From: the human T2T-CHM13v2.0 reference genome, Homo sapiens
Length of the DNA: 64,000 bases
NCBI RefSeq assembly: GCF_009914755.1
Contig: NC_060937.1
Direction: 5' to 3' (one strand)
In this document: positions 27,150-38,934 of the stretch, piece after piece
Numbering within the stretch: position 1 is the stretch's first letter
Layout of the letters: the number at the start of each line of letters is the position of its first letter
Position numbers and translations under genes: made by a program
The notes under the pieces: generated by a model
Told to the model about the DNA's origin: nothing
Database searches by the model: none
What the model saw: the letters and a program-made list of their open reading frames with translations, nothing else

Positions 27150-27831
27150 CTGATTTATCCATTAACAACTTTCAGAATTGAAAGTGGGGATATTTAATAT
27201 CCATTGTCTTCAGTTCCTAGTCTTGGTGAAATTTCAGGATAACAGGAATGTCCTTAATAACTTTATACATTTTTTTGTTTCCTTGCCAAGCAGAGGTCCA
27301 TATTTGCAGTTTTTCCACAATGCAGCCAACCAGGGACAGTTTCCTGGTCACTGGCCAACTAGGAATATCTGTCTCCAGCACAATATTCCCAATGAGATGT
27401 CTGTGTATGAGAACAATACCACTGTTTATGCGAAACACAGAAGTAAAATGGTGCAGCAATGATGGCTGCTCCATTACTCTTCCAATAAGTGGCAAAATGA
27501 AGAGAGTGCTGGATTTGCTACTAGCTCATGTCTAAGTAGAAGGTGAGGGAAATAGGAAGTCACAACCTTGAATCCATCAGAAATGGGGTCAAGAAAACCA
27601 AAGGATTTTTTGTTGGCAGAGAAAGCAATCATGATCCCTTACAGGCTGGACTACATGTGAGCAAAGCAAAGGATCATTCAGTGATCAATGTGCTGACAGT
27701 CAAGGTTCCTGGTAGGGTGAGGGATAGCAGGTTCTCAGATGAATAATAGGCTCTCATGGTATCTTATAAAATGAGCTTCTGTCTCCCTTTGGTAATCGTT
27801 TATTGTGGGGTACTTGAGTATTCCCCACCAG
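27150..27831 (-). pseudogene. Candidate endogenous bornavirus-like nucleoprotein (EBLN) relic
   Basis: The minus frame reads ...HFIRY...PHPT...[37 protein letters not shown]...RHEL...SSFC/(frameshift)/LIGRVMEQPSLLHHFTSVFRIN...VLETDIPS...SAWQGNKKMYKVIKDIPVI...KYPHFQF*KLL. This is colinear with recalled bornavirus N motifs FLQY, PHP, RESYLSTPVTRG..VV, CSLLIGVVI, ETATLLQMF, LTTDFES, YTTIKE, IPVV and FPF. Manual comparison only. Confidence 0.65.
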
Positions 27832-27954
27832 CTGAAAAGGCAAGTATGGTTACATTATGGTAAAAAGGTGAAGCTGAAATCCCAGTTTTTCTTATTACAA
27901 TGTTTATATTTTTATAATTCTGTTAACGCTACTATCCGCTTCTCAGATCCTGGT

Positions 27955-28470
27955 TGTGGTAAGAAGTATAATGCCCTCTGCATAGATGTGCAAATCTTAA
28001 TGCCTGAAATCTGTGGAAATGTGATCTTATATGGCTAAATGGACTTTGCAGATATATTAAGGATCTTGAAGTGGAGAGATTATCCTCAATTATCTAGTTG
28101 GGCCCAGCATAGTCACGAGAGTTCTTGTAAGAGAGAACAGAAGGTGAGAGTCAGAAAAGGAGATGTGATGATGGAGGCAGAGGTCAAAATGAAGGAGAGA
28201 TTTGGAGATGGTCGGCTGCTGACTTGTAAGACAGAGGAAGGGGCCATGAGCCCAGAAATGAATGTAGGTGGCTTCTAGAAGCTGGAAAGGGCAATGAAAA
28301 GGATTCTTCTGTAAAACTGGAAGGAAGGTAGCTGTGCTGACACCTTAGTATTAGCCCAGTGAGACTGATTTAGAATATTTGACTTCCAAGACTATAAGAT
28401 AACAAATATGTATTGTTTTAAGCCATCAAATTTGTGGTACTTGTTATTACAGCAATAGAAAATTATTTCA
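27955..28470 (+). mobile_element. MLT1D-like MaLR LTR
   Basis: tgtggtaagaagtataatg...ggactttgcagatatattaaggatcttga...ctagaagctggaaaggg...cagcaatagaaaa. Confidence 0.85.
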
Positions 28471-28598
28471 ACAGTCAATGCCAACAGTCAATATTTGACC
28501 TCCAGGACTATGAGATAATAAATATGTATTGTTTTATGCCATCAAATTTGTGGTACTTATTATCACAGCAATAGAAAACTATTACAATAGTCAGTGCC
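28374..28598. repeat. Tandem duplication of about 109 bp (28374-28482 / 28490-28598)
   Basis: Both copies read aatatttgac(t/c)tcca...aaatttgtggtactt...cagcaatagaaaa...gtca(a/g)tgcc. Confidence 0.9.
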
Positions 28599-29081
28599 TG
28601 CTTACTGTTACTGGACTTCCCCATTTCCCTTCTCAGGCTTTCATGAAATATAGAATCAGGCATACTTCAACTAAATATTTATTCCCAGATATCATTTCTT
28701 ACTGGAAACACTTCTTCTCCACCCTGATGAATTTACTGAACAATTAGATATCTGAAGGTTTCCTTCACCATTTTTGCCTGTGCTGAAACTATGTCTGTGG
28801 AGTTAGCTCTCAGCTTTCTCTTATCTGAGCCTGACCCAATCCTATCGTCTCAGTTTTCTAGAGTCAAAGATACTATCAATGCAGAAGACAAACCATGTAA
28901 AAATAAGAAAGAGAGGAATAAAAATTCTCTAGTGCCAAAGGTCACCAGGAGCTCCAAATCCTGTGGTCAGGATCCTGTAAGGGTCAGGGCAGGGTTCAGA
29001 AGGTTTTTGCATTTTCAGCATTTAATCTTCCTGCTGAAAAAAATCTACAGCCAAGAGGTCTCCTGGAAGGAAATATTTTCT

Positions 29082-29130
29082 ATTCCATTCCATGCCATGC
29101 CATGCCATTCCATTCCATTCCGTTCCATTC
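29082..29130. repeat. Short (CATTC)/(CATGC)n simple repeat
   Basis: attccattccatgccatgccatgccattccattccattccgttccattc. Confidence 0.85.
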
Positions 29131-29534
29131 TTTTATTCTGTTCTTAGGAATATAATCTTTTCATTCCTTCTACCAAAAGTTGACCTCTTAGCCCTGTGCT
29201 CTCCTGTTGCTATCCTCTGAGAAACAGGAAAGTGGTATCAGGATACCTCCCCCTCTATCCTACTTTCACTGCGGACAGGCACCATGTTATTCATTGTTGT
29301 GCTTTCAGTACTGGCAAAAAAGAGAGTCATTAAAAACATGTTGACAGCGTCCACAATTCCACTTTTGCAAATGTATTTCCTGGTGCCCTGAAGTCTTATA
29401 AATCCTCAGAGCATCCTGTTAGAATGCAAATACTCTTGAGAGATGAGTCTGTAGCTCTTATTCACTAACCCCTTAAAGAAAACTAATTGTTCACTAAACT
29501 CAAGGTCTAGTTTGGAGATAGAACAATAGAATTA

Positions 29535-29700
29535 TTAAGCATCTTCTGCATTTCACATGCATGACTTATATTATCTCATTTAAACCTTACAACAACCCCC
29601 CCACAGAATCATTCTCTCCATTTACAGATAAAGAAAGTGAAGCTCACAGTCACACAGCAAACAGAGAAGCCTGTGTTTTTTCTGTCCCACCACAATGAGG
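29535..29700 (-). mobile_element. MIR
   Basis: ttatctcatttaaaccttacaacaacc...ctccatttacagataaagaaagtgaagctca. Confidence 0.65.
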
Positions 29701-31339
29701 AGGAGGAGTATATTTTGAAGAGTGGGGTGTGACACATATACTCACCCTTCCTCTTGCCAGATAAAAGTAGGTCAACTAAGAATATCTTGGGAAAGCAATT
29801 CCATATGAAAGTTTCCTTGGGATTTGGCATTATCACAAGAATGACATTTTACTAGAAGTAAGAGTAAGATCTGAACCAATACTGAAGACAATTATACTTT
29901 TAGGTCATAAAGCCAGCTCTGAGCATTTTACTCCAGCTCCCTCCTTGGTAACTCACTGAATATAGCTATTTCAAATGATGTGTCTTGCTCTCATTGATCT
30001 CTTAGAGAAGAAAAGGTTTAGTGTGTTCTTACATGATGATATTCTCTTTATCAGAGACTAAGAGTTTGTGGGTCCATGGATAGTGCAGCACATTTGGCAG
30101 ACCTCATTTTTCTTCTTTCTTTCTTGTTTTTCCTGCTTTTTATTTTATTTCAATACAATTTAGTATTTCAGGGAGTTCCCTAAACTCTTCCAGCAAGTCA
30201 TCTGGAATATTTCTAGTGTCCTTCTGTAACCTGTTTCAGTTTTGCATTTTATATTTGTGATTTTTAACCTAGAAGGGTTTGAACAATGCTCTTTGATTTA
30301 GGAAGAAGAGTGATTAATATTTGTCAGTTAAGTTGGGCTTGAGAGACAATAGATATTAGTGTTAAAATTGCTTTTTTATCAAAGGTACAAATACTGATAA
30401 AGCACTTGATGAATTATGAAGGTTCTAGGAAAAGATAGAGACATTATAGAAATTGCTTTGATGGAAAGAAAGCTGCCTTTTAAACGATCCCTGACAATAG
30501 AAAAATTATGGTCCATTTGAATTGCCTGCACAGAAGATTAGATTTTAATTGACATCACTGCTTCAGATTCAAAATTTGTTGCTATTAATCGAGAATTTTG
30601 ATTTTTCACAAAAATTTGTATCAGTAAAAAACAGCACTGTAAAAGAGCATTGTAGAAGATGCATGTTTTATTCTTTTTTTCTGGGAAAGTATTTTAATGG
30701 TAAAGAGAGAACCAGTTAATCATATCTGACATTCAAAACATTAAAAATTATTCAGCAGTTTTACTCATCTAGTTCTTGCTTTGTTAGAGGACTTACAATG
30801 TAAATATATGTCTAACATAAAATGCTAATATATATTTAAATACAAGACTGAACAAAGTCATAGCAAATATAGTCAATGGGTTATTGCTTTTTAATCCATA
30901 AAATGATTAAATTGCTGTCATTACTAGGTTACTATCAAATTTAAGGGTTAACAATTAACATTTACTCTCCTAACTTGTTTTTAAAAAGTCTAAAAAAGGA
31001 AAATCTCTAGAGTTGTAGAAAAATTAATTACCTGACATTTTTAATATTGAAATTCTGTGGTCTTTGCTGTTCATGCCATGTTTTGGAATAGAGAGGTACT
31101 ATAAGAACTGCAGGAGAAGAGACCTGGCAATTGTGTATAAAATGGATTTAGAGGTCATTTAGAAAGTTTTAGAGTTTTCCAGGGCAGAAATCACGAGGAC
31201 CATGGTTGTAGCCAGCAGTGAAATGTAAAAGAGATAGATAGGCGCAGTGCTCTGGAGTTAGAACCATAGATGGTTCGGTTGGAAATGATTGAGCAGGAAG
31301 TGTTAAAGATAAATTCCACTCTTTTCGGGAAGCCAGAAC

Positions 31340-31515
31340 GATATAGTATCTAAGAACCTAGACTTCGAAGTGAGACTAGTGTATGCTGGATAACCTCTTG
31401 AGGTTTCAGCTCTGCAACTGTAAAATGGGGATAATAATATTCCTTAAAGGATGGAAGGAAGTTATGGCTGCAAAATGCTCGGCACAGTGTCTGGCAACTC
31501 CTTACTATTTATTGT
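31340..31515 (+). mobile_element. MIR
   Basis: tttcagctctgcaactgtaaaatggggataataat...gcacagtgtctggca. Confidence 0.6.
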
Positions 31516-34500
31516 CTCAAAAGGATATTGTCAATATTAGTCACCACATAATAAAAGAAACATGATCCTTATTTATCAAATTTGTTTCATGAGCTCACTG
31601 ATAAGTAATTCTTTTCGATAAAATACAACAGGCCATCTGCCGTCTGAACTATTAGGGTCATACTTTAATATTTTAATTTCCAGTATTGTTTATAATTCTA
31701 GATTAATTGAAATCCCTTCATGAGACTCTTCTCTATGAAGCAGAATTATGGGTGAAGGTAGTGTGTAAGAGTCTTATTGTAAGGGCTTTTAGATTTCCTT
31801 TTTAGGTGATTTAACATAATAAGTAGTTCAAAGGAGAAACTATGAAGACTCAGCACTGCCAAGTTCCAGAGGTCTTAACTGCCATTTCTATCAGAGCTGC
31901 TGCCTTCAAAACAGAGTCAGCGGGGATTTAATGGATTCCATTCCAAGAGTAAACTCATAGTCTGTCTCCAAGGGCTGCCTTCACATCTTTAGTGTACCAA
32001 GTTATTTTACTCAACAAGCACTCTATGAAAGTCAGAAACCTTTAAAATAATGTTGGTTTGGGTTCAACTGCAGTAAAGTAGTTACGTTGATGGGTGGTAA
32101 ACCATTTTTTTTTTTTTTTTGCCGAAGTGAAAGGGGTAATATTTATAAAAGTCACACCAAACTCCTCTTCAAATTCAAAACAAGCAGAGACAAATAGTTA
32201 CCATAAGTGCCAGAGATAAAACGAAACTTTAGGGAAGCTGTGGTTCATTTTATAGATCAAGAAAACAAAGCTCAGTGATGACACAGATAATTAGTACCGC
32301 GATCCTCAACTCATGATCCTAGATACGTGAACTATGCTACAGAGCATCATGGGCAAGCCTTTAGAAAAATATGAGGAAAGAAAAAACTCACATAAATATT
32401 GTCATTATATACATTTGGATGAGGTCATAAATGGAAAAGGTGTTTTAAAAATATATCATCCTAAGCAGATGTTTGTGATTGCATTATTATCTGACACTCA
32501 CTTTTTCCTGGGACTATAATCCATGAGCGTGAGTCTCTGGAGTAACCTGTATACACAGTAGTTTACTCTCTCTTCTCATGTCTTATAATATTGTATAAGA
32601 AATTAGCACCTCAAGGTTGTTGAATGTGTGTGTGTGTACAATTGCAAACAAATGATGCTTTATTTCCCTTTGAACTTTTGTAGCTAGAAAAGAAATGCCT
32701 AGATAGCAAAATGCTTTCAGCAAAATTTTCATGACCTAAATGTGTTATTATTCATTCTGTGGCAAGATAAATCAAGACAGAGAGATTATTTGGCTACATA
32801 AATTTACCTTATATCTTATTATTTTGCTTGAAGGCAGGAAATAGAAGGGTCTATGTTCTAAAGGAAGCTATTGATAAGCCAAAGATGGAGATGGTAGAAA
32901 AGAAAATAAGGCTTTTGCTCTATTCCAGAAAGAGTGAGACTGACATTTTCATTTTTGAAAATATTGCTACAAAGACTATTAGAGAGATTGTTGTCGCGTA
33001 TGGATGTCTTTCAAAGCAATATAAAGGAGGAGAGTTCCATCAAACAGCTCATCTTTAGGTTAAGGGTTATTATTTAAGTTGTGTGTTATTTAATTTGTTA
33101 TTTCACAAAACAAATTCCTTTTTGGTGAGAAATTATGCTTTAAAATATAACATCCAAATTACTTGTTTTTGTAATTGTATCTATTTCCCATCTCAGAATT
33201 AGTCCCGTGAATTGGGAACACCACTGTACTAGGAGTCAGCAATAGAGGGATCTAATGGCAATTCCTGCACTTACTGGCTATAAACCCCTGGGCAAATCCC
33301 TGCTACTCTCAGAGGCTCGCTAGCTTCATATGTAAAATGAGGATGACAGTCTCACTCACTTTACCCATGACAGAGGGCTCCAGGTCATTTAACTTTTGTT
33401 ATTGAATGTCTACCTAGTATCAAGTCCTGTGATAGTATACTAATATAGCTTACATGTGTGAAACCATTTAGAGAGTTTGAAGATTCCAGGTATGAGGAAT
33501 CATTATGCCAAGTTGTTGAGAAAAAAGATGAACTAAATATTACTCAAGTATTTGAAGATATAATGTCAGAAGAATTTGAAAATTTTATTTAATAAAAATA
33601 TATACACATGCACTTTAAAACAAGGCCTTTGGAGAGTGAATTCATCCTTAATCAATACATCAAATCTTTTTCCATTGACCCATTCAGATACCAGCTCTAG
33701 AATTTTTCCCTCCTCTGTGAGTCTCTTTCTCCCAGACATGAAATATCCTGTTCTGACATACACGCAGCAGTGCCTTAGGAAAAAAAAATAAATGAAGCTT
33801 CTTTCTAAAATGAAACAATCACACCCCAACGGGAACTTAGGAGCAAGGAATTAAGTCTGGATTGATAGTTTTTTGTCTGGTCTTTAGTAGCCCCATAGGT
33901 GAACCCCGCACTATGATTGCAACACATTTGTAGGCAGCTTATGATGTTACAATCAGTCACTCAGTTATTCTCTAATAGTTCCTTCTAACTTGACTATACA
34001 ATCAATTATTTATTGAATTACTATTAAAGACACAGGGTAACATATACTTACATTAGATAAAAGATTATTTAGGGAAGGAAGCAACAGGCAGTAGCAGACA
34101 AATGAGTAATAGACTATGGGGACAAGCCATGAGTAAAAGAAGAGATGAAAAACATATGGGAATCTGAGATGTGGAAAGTGAGGAAGCATGAGAGAGAAAG
34201 GGCAGGGCTGGCAGGTGTTGAGCAATCAAGTGCTAAGGAGGTCAGTTAGGACAATGACTCGGGCAAGAAAGAAGGCAGAGGGCTAGGAGTGGGAAGGTGC
34301 TGAGTCAAAGTGGAGAAAAGTGCTTCAGCCAAGGCATCTGATAAGGATGTCTCTGAACGGAAGTACCTAGGCTAAGAATGCAGATGTGTCTATGAGGATG
34401 GCTGGTTGGAGGTAGGGGGGAAAGGCAGGTCGGAGACTGAGTCTTTAACTGCAACTCCCTCCAGAAAACTCTAATTCATTGGTTGTGCACCAGGACTGGT

Positions 34501-34994
34501 GTGATGAGAGCAGCCTCTGGCTAGGAGGCCTGCCAGGCAAAGCCTAGTAATTGTCTATGGCCAGGCCTTTAAGATCACATGCAGGATTTTAGGCTAGAAC
34601 CAGACCCCTCTGTGTTGAGGATGGTAGTATGAGGAAAATGACGGCAAAGACTTTCTCCAACCAGAGTGGAAATAAGTTGGGAGAGCTGGGGCAAGGTGAG
34701 ATTGCAATCATTCAGATTCATGGGAGACTTTTAGATGGATGAGGAAGGCAGGGCCCTGAATTCCATTGCAGGTTGGGTAGACTTGGGCACAGCACTTCCA
34801 TCTCTCTGAGAAGTCTGTTTCTTCATCTTCAAAACAGGATGTTACTGCCTATGGGTTTGGGTTAAGTGAGGAGATATTGAGAAAATGCTCACAGTTCATA
34901 TCAAGGCTATGTCCACTGGTTGGGTTCAAGACATCAGCATAAAACTCATCCTGAAGGAGGAGCCAGTGCCTTAAGCCAGACCCAATGAGAGAGC

Positions 34995-35462
34995 TGTGAT
35001 AGGTTGAATAATGGCTCCCAAAGGCCCATGTCTTAATCCCTGGAAACTGCGAGTGTGATTTTGTATGGCAAAAGGGGCTTTGTGGACATGATTAAGTATC
35101 TTAAAATGGGAGATTATCCTGGTTTTTGAGGTGGTCCTACATATAATCACAAGGGTCCTTACAAGAGGTAGGCAGAGGGAGGCGGTATCAGATGAGAGAA
35201 AGGCGCAGTGATGACAGAGACAGACGTTGGCATAGCACAGTCACAAGCCAGGGGATATTGACAGCCTTTGAAGCTGGAATGGCCATGCCATGGGTTCTCC
35301 CCTAGAGCCTCCAGAAGGAGCCAGCCCTGCTGACCCATTGATTTTAGCCCAGTGAAGCCCAGTTCAGGCTCCTGATGTCTAGAACAATCATAATAAATTT
35401 GTGTTGTCTTAAGTTGCTAAATTAGTGGTAATTTTTGAGAGTGGCAACAGGAAACTAATACA
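34995..35462 (+). mobile_element. MLT1C/D-like MaLR LTR
   Basis: tgtgataggttgaataatggc...aaatgggagattatcctgg...cccctagagcctccagaaggag...ggaaactaataca, with an approximate 5-bp TSD agagc/agaac. Confidence 0.85.
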
Positions 35463-38400
35463 AGAACCTCAGTTATCAGTTGAATGTACACACCTGTGGA
35501 GAGCTTGGCTTTAGACAATCGACTTTGTCTCTTAGCCCTGTTCTCCCTGAACCCGCATCTGATTAATGCACTTTTCAACTGAGTGATGGAGGGACATAAA
35601 GGGGTAGTTTTTTGCTGGAGAAGCCAAGAAGGTGCAGGGCAATAGAAAGAGAAGTTTCACAGCCAGGGAAACAGGAATAATCTGGTTTGCAGGTACATGG
35701 GAAACATACCTTAGAATCCTGCCTTGGTATGAGATAGTGGCCCAGCAACATTTGAATTCATTCTATTAAAGTGGCTTTGTGATACTCCCTCAGTGATGTG
35801 GCCTAAGAAATTTGTTATGTATTCTTATAGATTTTTAAATAAAATTAGTGGCCTGAAACCTAGATTTTTCATCTCCTCTCCTAACTTTCCTTTTTGATGT
35901 CGTTACCTTTGACAAACATTTTGGAGCCAACACTGTTTTATGTCTATGTAAGTATCTCAGGCCCTGAGGTCTCTGCATACAGAAAACAGCTTTTGGTGCA
36001 GTGGTTAGCTTTGCATTAGCTAAAGGCCACCAGTTTGACCCTACGTCCACATTGTTTCGCTGAAGCAGTGAGAAGGGCAAGCATACGGAGAACCTTGCAG
36101 ACCTTGGCAAATGATGAAAAGAGCTGGGGACCACGTGGATACCAAAAGTGACCACATTCACAGTTCCAACAAACCACAACCTTGATTTTTGTTGATTTGA
36201 CCTCTTTCCCTTCCCTTCGTCTCTTGCCTTCTGGATGTCTTCCTTCTGCCCGTTTTCCCAGTCCATTAGCACCTCCACTGGAGGAAGAATTGCAGAGGAG
36301 AGAAAAAATGTAACTCCCATAAACCAATTTTGCTACTTGTCAGAGGCTATTGCACAAGTCTTATGAGAGATGAAAGTGAAAATTATTGACAGGAAAAGGT
36401 TTGAAATAGTTGTAGGGTTTATTTGTTCAGAGAAACTGCATTAATTGAGAACAGAAGGTCAGAGTCTTTTGTTCATTTGCAACTAGCATTTTTATTCTGA
36501 GTGGAGAATTTTGTGATTACTAAACTTACTCTATAAATGAATAGAAGGGAGAGGGAGATGAGAAAAGCTGTTTTCTGACTTCTCTGAATTCTTAGTAGAA
36601 TGTGTATTTTAATTATGCCTCTTGGTACCTTTCATAGAAGTGATAGTAGATCCTTTTAGTTTGTTTTGAAATAATTTTCCATTATTTGCTTGGCACATGG
36701 TTGTACCACCATACATTAATCTTTGATTATTTTATTTTTCTCTAAGAAGACACTTTTAAATATGATTGTTTTCTTCATAATGGCTTTAAGGTCAGCTCTC
36801 CTTTCTTCTCCCTGATACTTAATTTCCCAGAGTTACAGAGTTGATAGCAGAGGCAGAACTAGATATTTGTACAACAGCATTTGAAGGGCTTATTGGCACT
36901 TCTGCAAAGACATATTTCTGGAGAATCAAATAAGAACCAATGAGAAGAAATTTTAGAGGTAGGATATGGACTTGATGCAAGAATCTTCTAATATCTAGAG
37001 CTCCTCAGCAATGTGATGGGAGGAGTGATGTCGAAAGTGTCAAAGCAAAGGTTGGTTGGCCATTTACTGTAGAGAAGATTAGTGAGCATAGTAAAGGTTA
37101 AAGCAGGAGAAAAGTCATGTTTCTTCTACCTTTGAGAGTAGGTTAGTCTAAATTTATGACCCAATATAATTAAAGTGTCACTGTATTTTGTTTTCCTCAA
37201 ATAGCCAAGCTTTGATAAGCTCATATTCAACTTAAGCTATAAATGCTTTTCCAATCTGTAATGCTCTCCTTCACCCATCTATTCAAATCACATTTAGCTT
37301 CAAAGGGTCAGCTAGAGAATAACTTTTTTAGCCTTTGCTCCACTCAGTGAACTTTCTTTCCTTGATTATTGAAACATTTAATAACTACATTTCTTACTTC
37401 AGCATTTCATTACTTACCAATGCTTGTATTGTTATCTAACTTTTTCACATGTGCATATCTTATCTCAGAAAAATTGACAAGTTCTGAAAGGCATAAACAG
37501 TACAAGGCTGACTACATATTAGGTTTTTCTTTTCTTTTTTTTTTTTTTTGAAAGTGAACTTTCCTTATGCTGTGTAGAAATGAATAACTTGAGATTTTCA
37601 GTGAATTTTTTTCTTCTGTCATTGATGAGACCTCTAAAATGCACCACCTTGTCAACTGTAAACAATCTTTATAAGGTGATTGTTTCTTTTATGGAATGTA
37701 TTAGGTAGATATCTTTCTGGAGCCAGGCTGGAGAAATGCTTAACTTTCTTTAGCAACATAAGCCTTGAATATCTGTATTCTTGATCTTTTTAAAATGTCA
37801 CTGTATGGCAAAATAGAATAACGACACAAGCAGCTTCATAAAAGATAGCACATAACATTGCAGGACTACAACTGTTTAAAAGTCAAACTAGAGGAATGAA
37901 TTTTTTAAGACTATAATAATGAAACAGTATTATTTGACTACCAAATATTATAGCTTTGTCAGTTAAAAAATGAAAAAATCTTCAACCCTTTTCTATAAAG
38001 GTATTTTGACTTTGTTCACCTTTCTCAGATTGGTTTTTGCATAAATTTAATTGAAGACAAACTGTGGCTGCTGTTCATGAAAATATATATATGGGAATAG
38101 ACAGTCATTCCTAGGGTAACTGTTAAGTAGGTAAAATTTGCCATAGGACTACCTAAATCTTTTGCCACAAAAGTGCACTGTAAATTAAAACATCATGAAT
38201 TAATGTCATTATGAATTCGTTTAGTGAACACACATCAGACAACTTATGGCATAAGTTGTGACACCAAGAGGTAATTTTTCTTTCATTTACATTATTTTAA
38301 AACTTAATACAACAATATCTGCTTTATTTAGCTCAGTGTTGTGTGTGGAATAAAAGAAAACCATAGACTTGAAAAAACTGAAGACTCTCTCAGGTGGCAA

Positions 38401-38642
38401 GAGCCCTCTTCTGGGGCACAGCAGGACACACTTGACTCAGAATTAGTGCCCCTTTGGAGTGAGCCTCAACCAGCCATTTGGAGTCACCTAAGCTTCCCCA
38501 CCCCTGCTCCCCAGGCAAGAGAAATTCCACCTCTTTTTCAGAGGCTGTGAAGCAGAGTTGTTGGATGCATGTTTAGAACTTAGACCTGGTTTTTAAGCTG
38601 AGTGGTAGTGTTTATTTTTATTATTTTTCTTCAAGCTACAAA

Positions 38643-38643
<1 letters not shown>

Positions 38644-38683
<40 letters not shown>
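38644..38683. repeat. (CA)20 microsatellite
   Basis: Perfect CA run. Confidence 0.95.
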
Positions 38684-38684
<1 letters not shown>

Positions 38685-38934
38685 CTCAGAATGAACAGTT
38701 TTAAAGAATGACTAAAGGAAATAGAATGAGATGAGCAAAGTAGAGGACATTTTTTCCACCTGACCATGAAGCACCCGAAAGGGAAGGAAGAAATGTCATT
38801 CCATTTTTCCAGTTTTCTGGGTTTTGGAGGTACAAGGTTTTTCTGATCCCATGTTGAAAGCTAGAGGAACTTGGGGATGGATATTTATCTTCCTCCATGT
38901 CAACTACCCATGATAAAATAGTTTCCTTTGAGGG

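Larger units (their letters stand above)
22206..27955 (-). mobile_element. Ancient ERV-L internal region (gag-pro-pol-dUTPase relic, ERVL-E/ERV3-16A3-like)
   Basis: Minus-strand motifs occur in ERV-L order. gag MHR-like GFTDIRGLSND*GFNI at about 27055-27100; protease region TALWKG...DIGSELPFIL at about 26235-26310; RT WQMTVDYYKLN and ANAFFSI at about 25420-25555; RNase H SQWADVRAV and FTD at about 24415-24550; IN ATPGLVQWA at about 24100-24130; dUTPase LMILLNLRL...KKGVTIMAKLIN at 22649-22879. Confidence 0.85.

Noticed and set aside
27215-27350. SAWQ...ILKFHQ resembles filovirus NP TAWQ...LLIHQ
   Set aside because: Spacing needs large gaps and fewer blocks match than for bornavirus N. Not excluded until a profile search is run.
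27540-27620. [12 protein letters not shown] resembles mitochondrial ND1 GLLQPFADAMKL (possible NUMT)
   Set aside because: The flanks do not continue as ND1, and the colinear bornavirus-N match explains far more of the segment.
27178-27746. Plus-strand ORFs 27178-27462, 27248-27535 and 27543-27746 as genes
   Set aside because: They have no recognisable product and are best explained as antisense shadows of the decayed minus-strand coding sequence.
29082-29130. CATTC run as HSAT2/3 satellite
   Set aside because: Only about 10 units, so a simple repeat rather than a satellite block.
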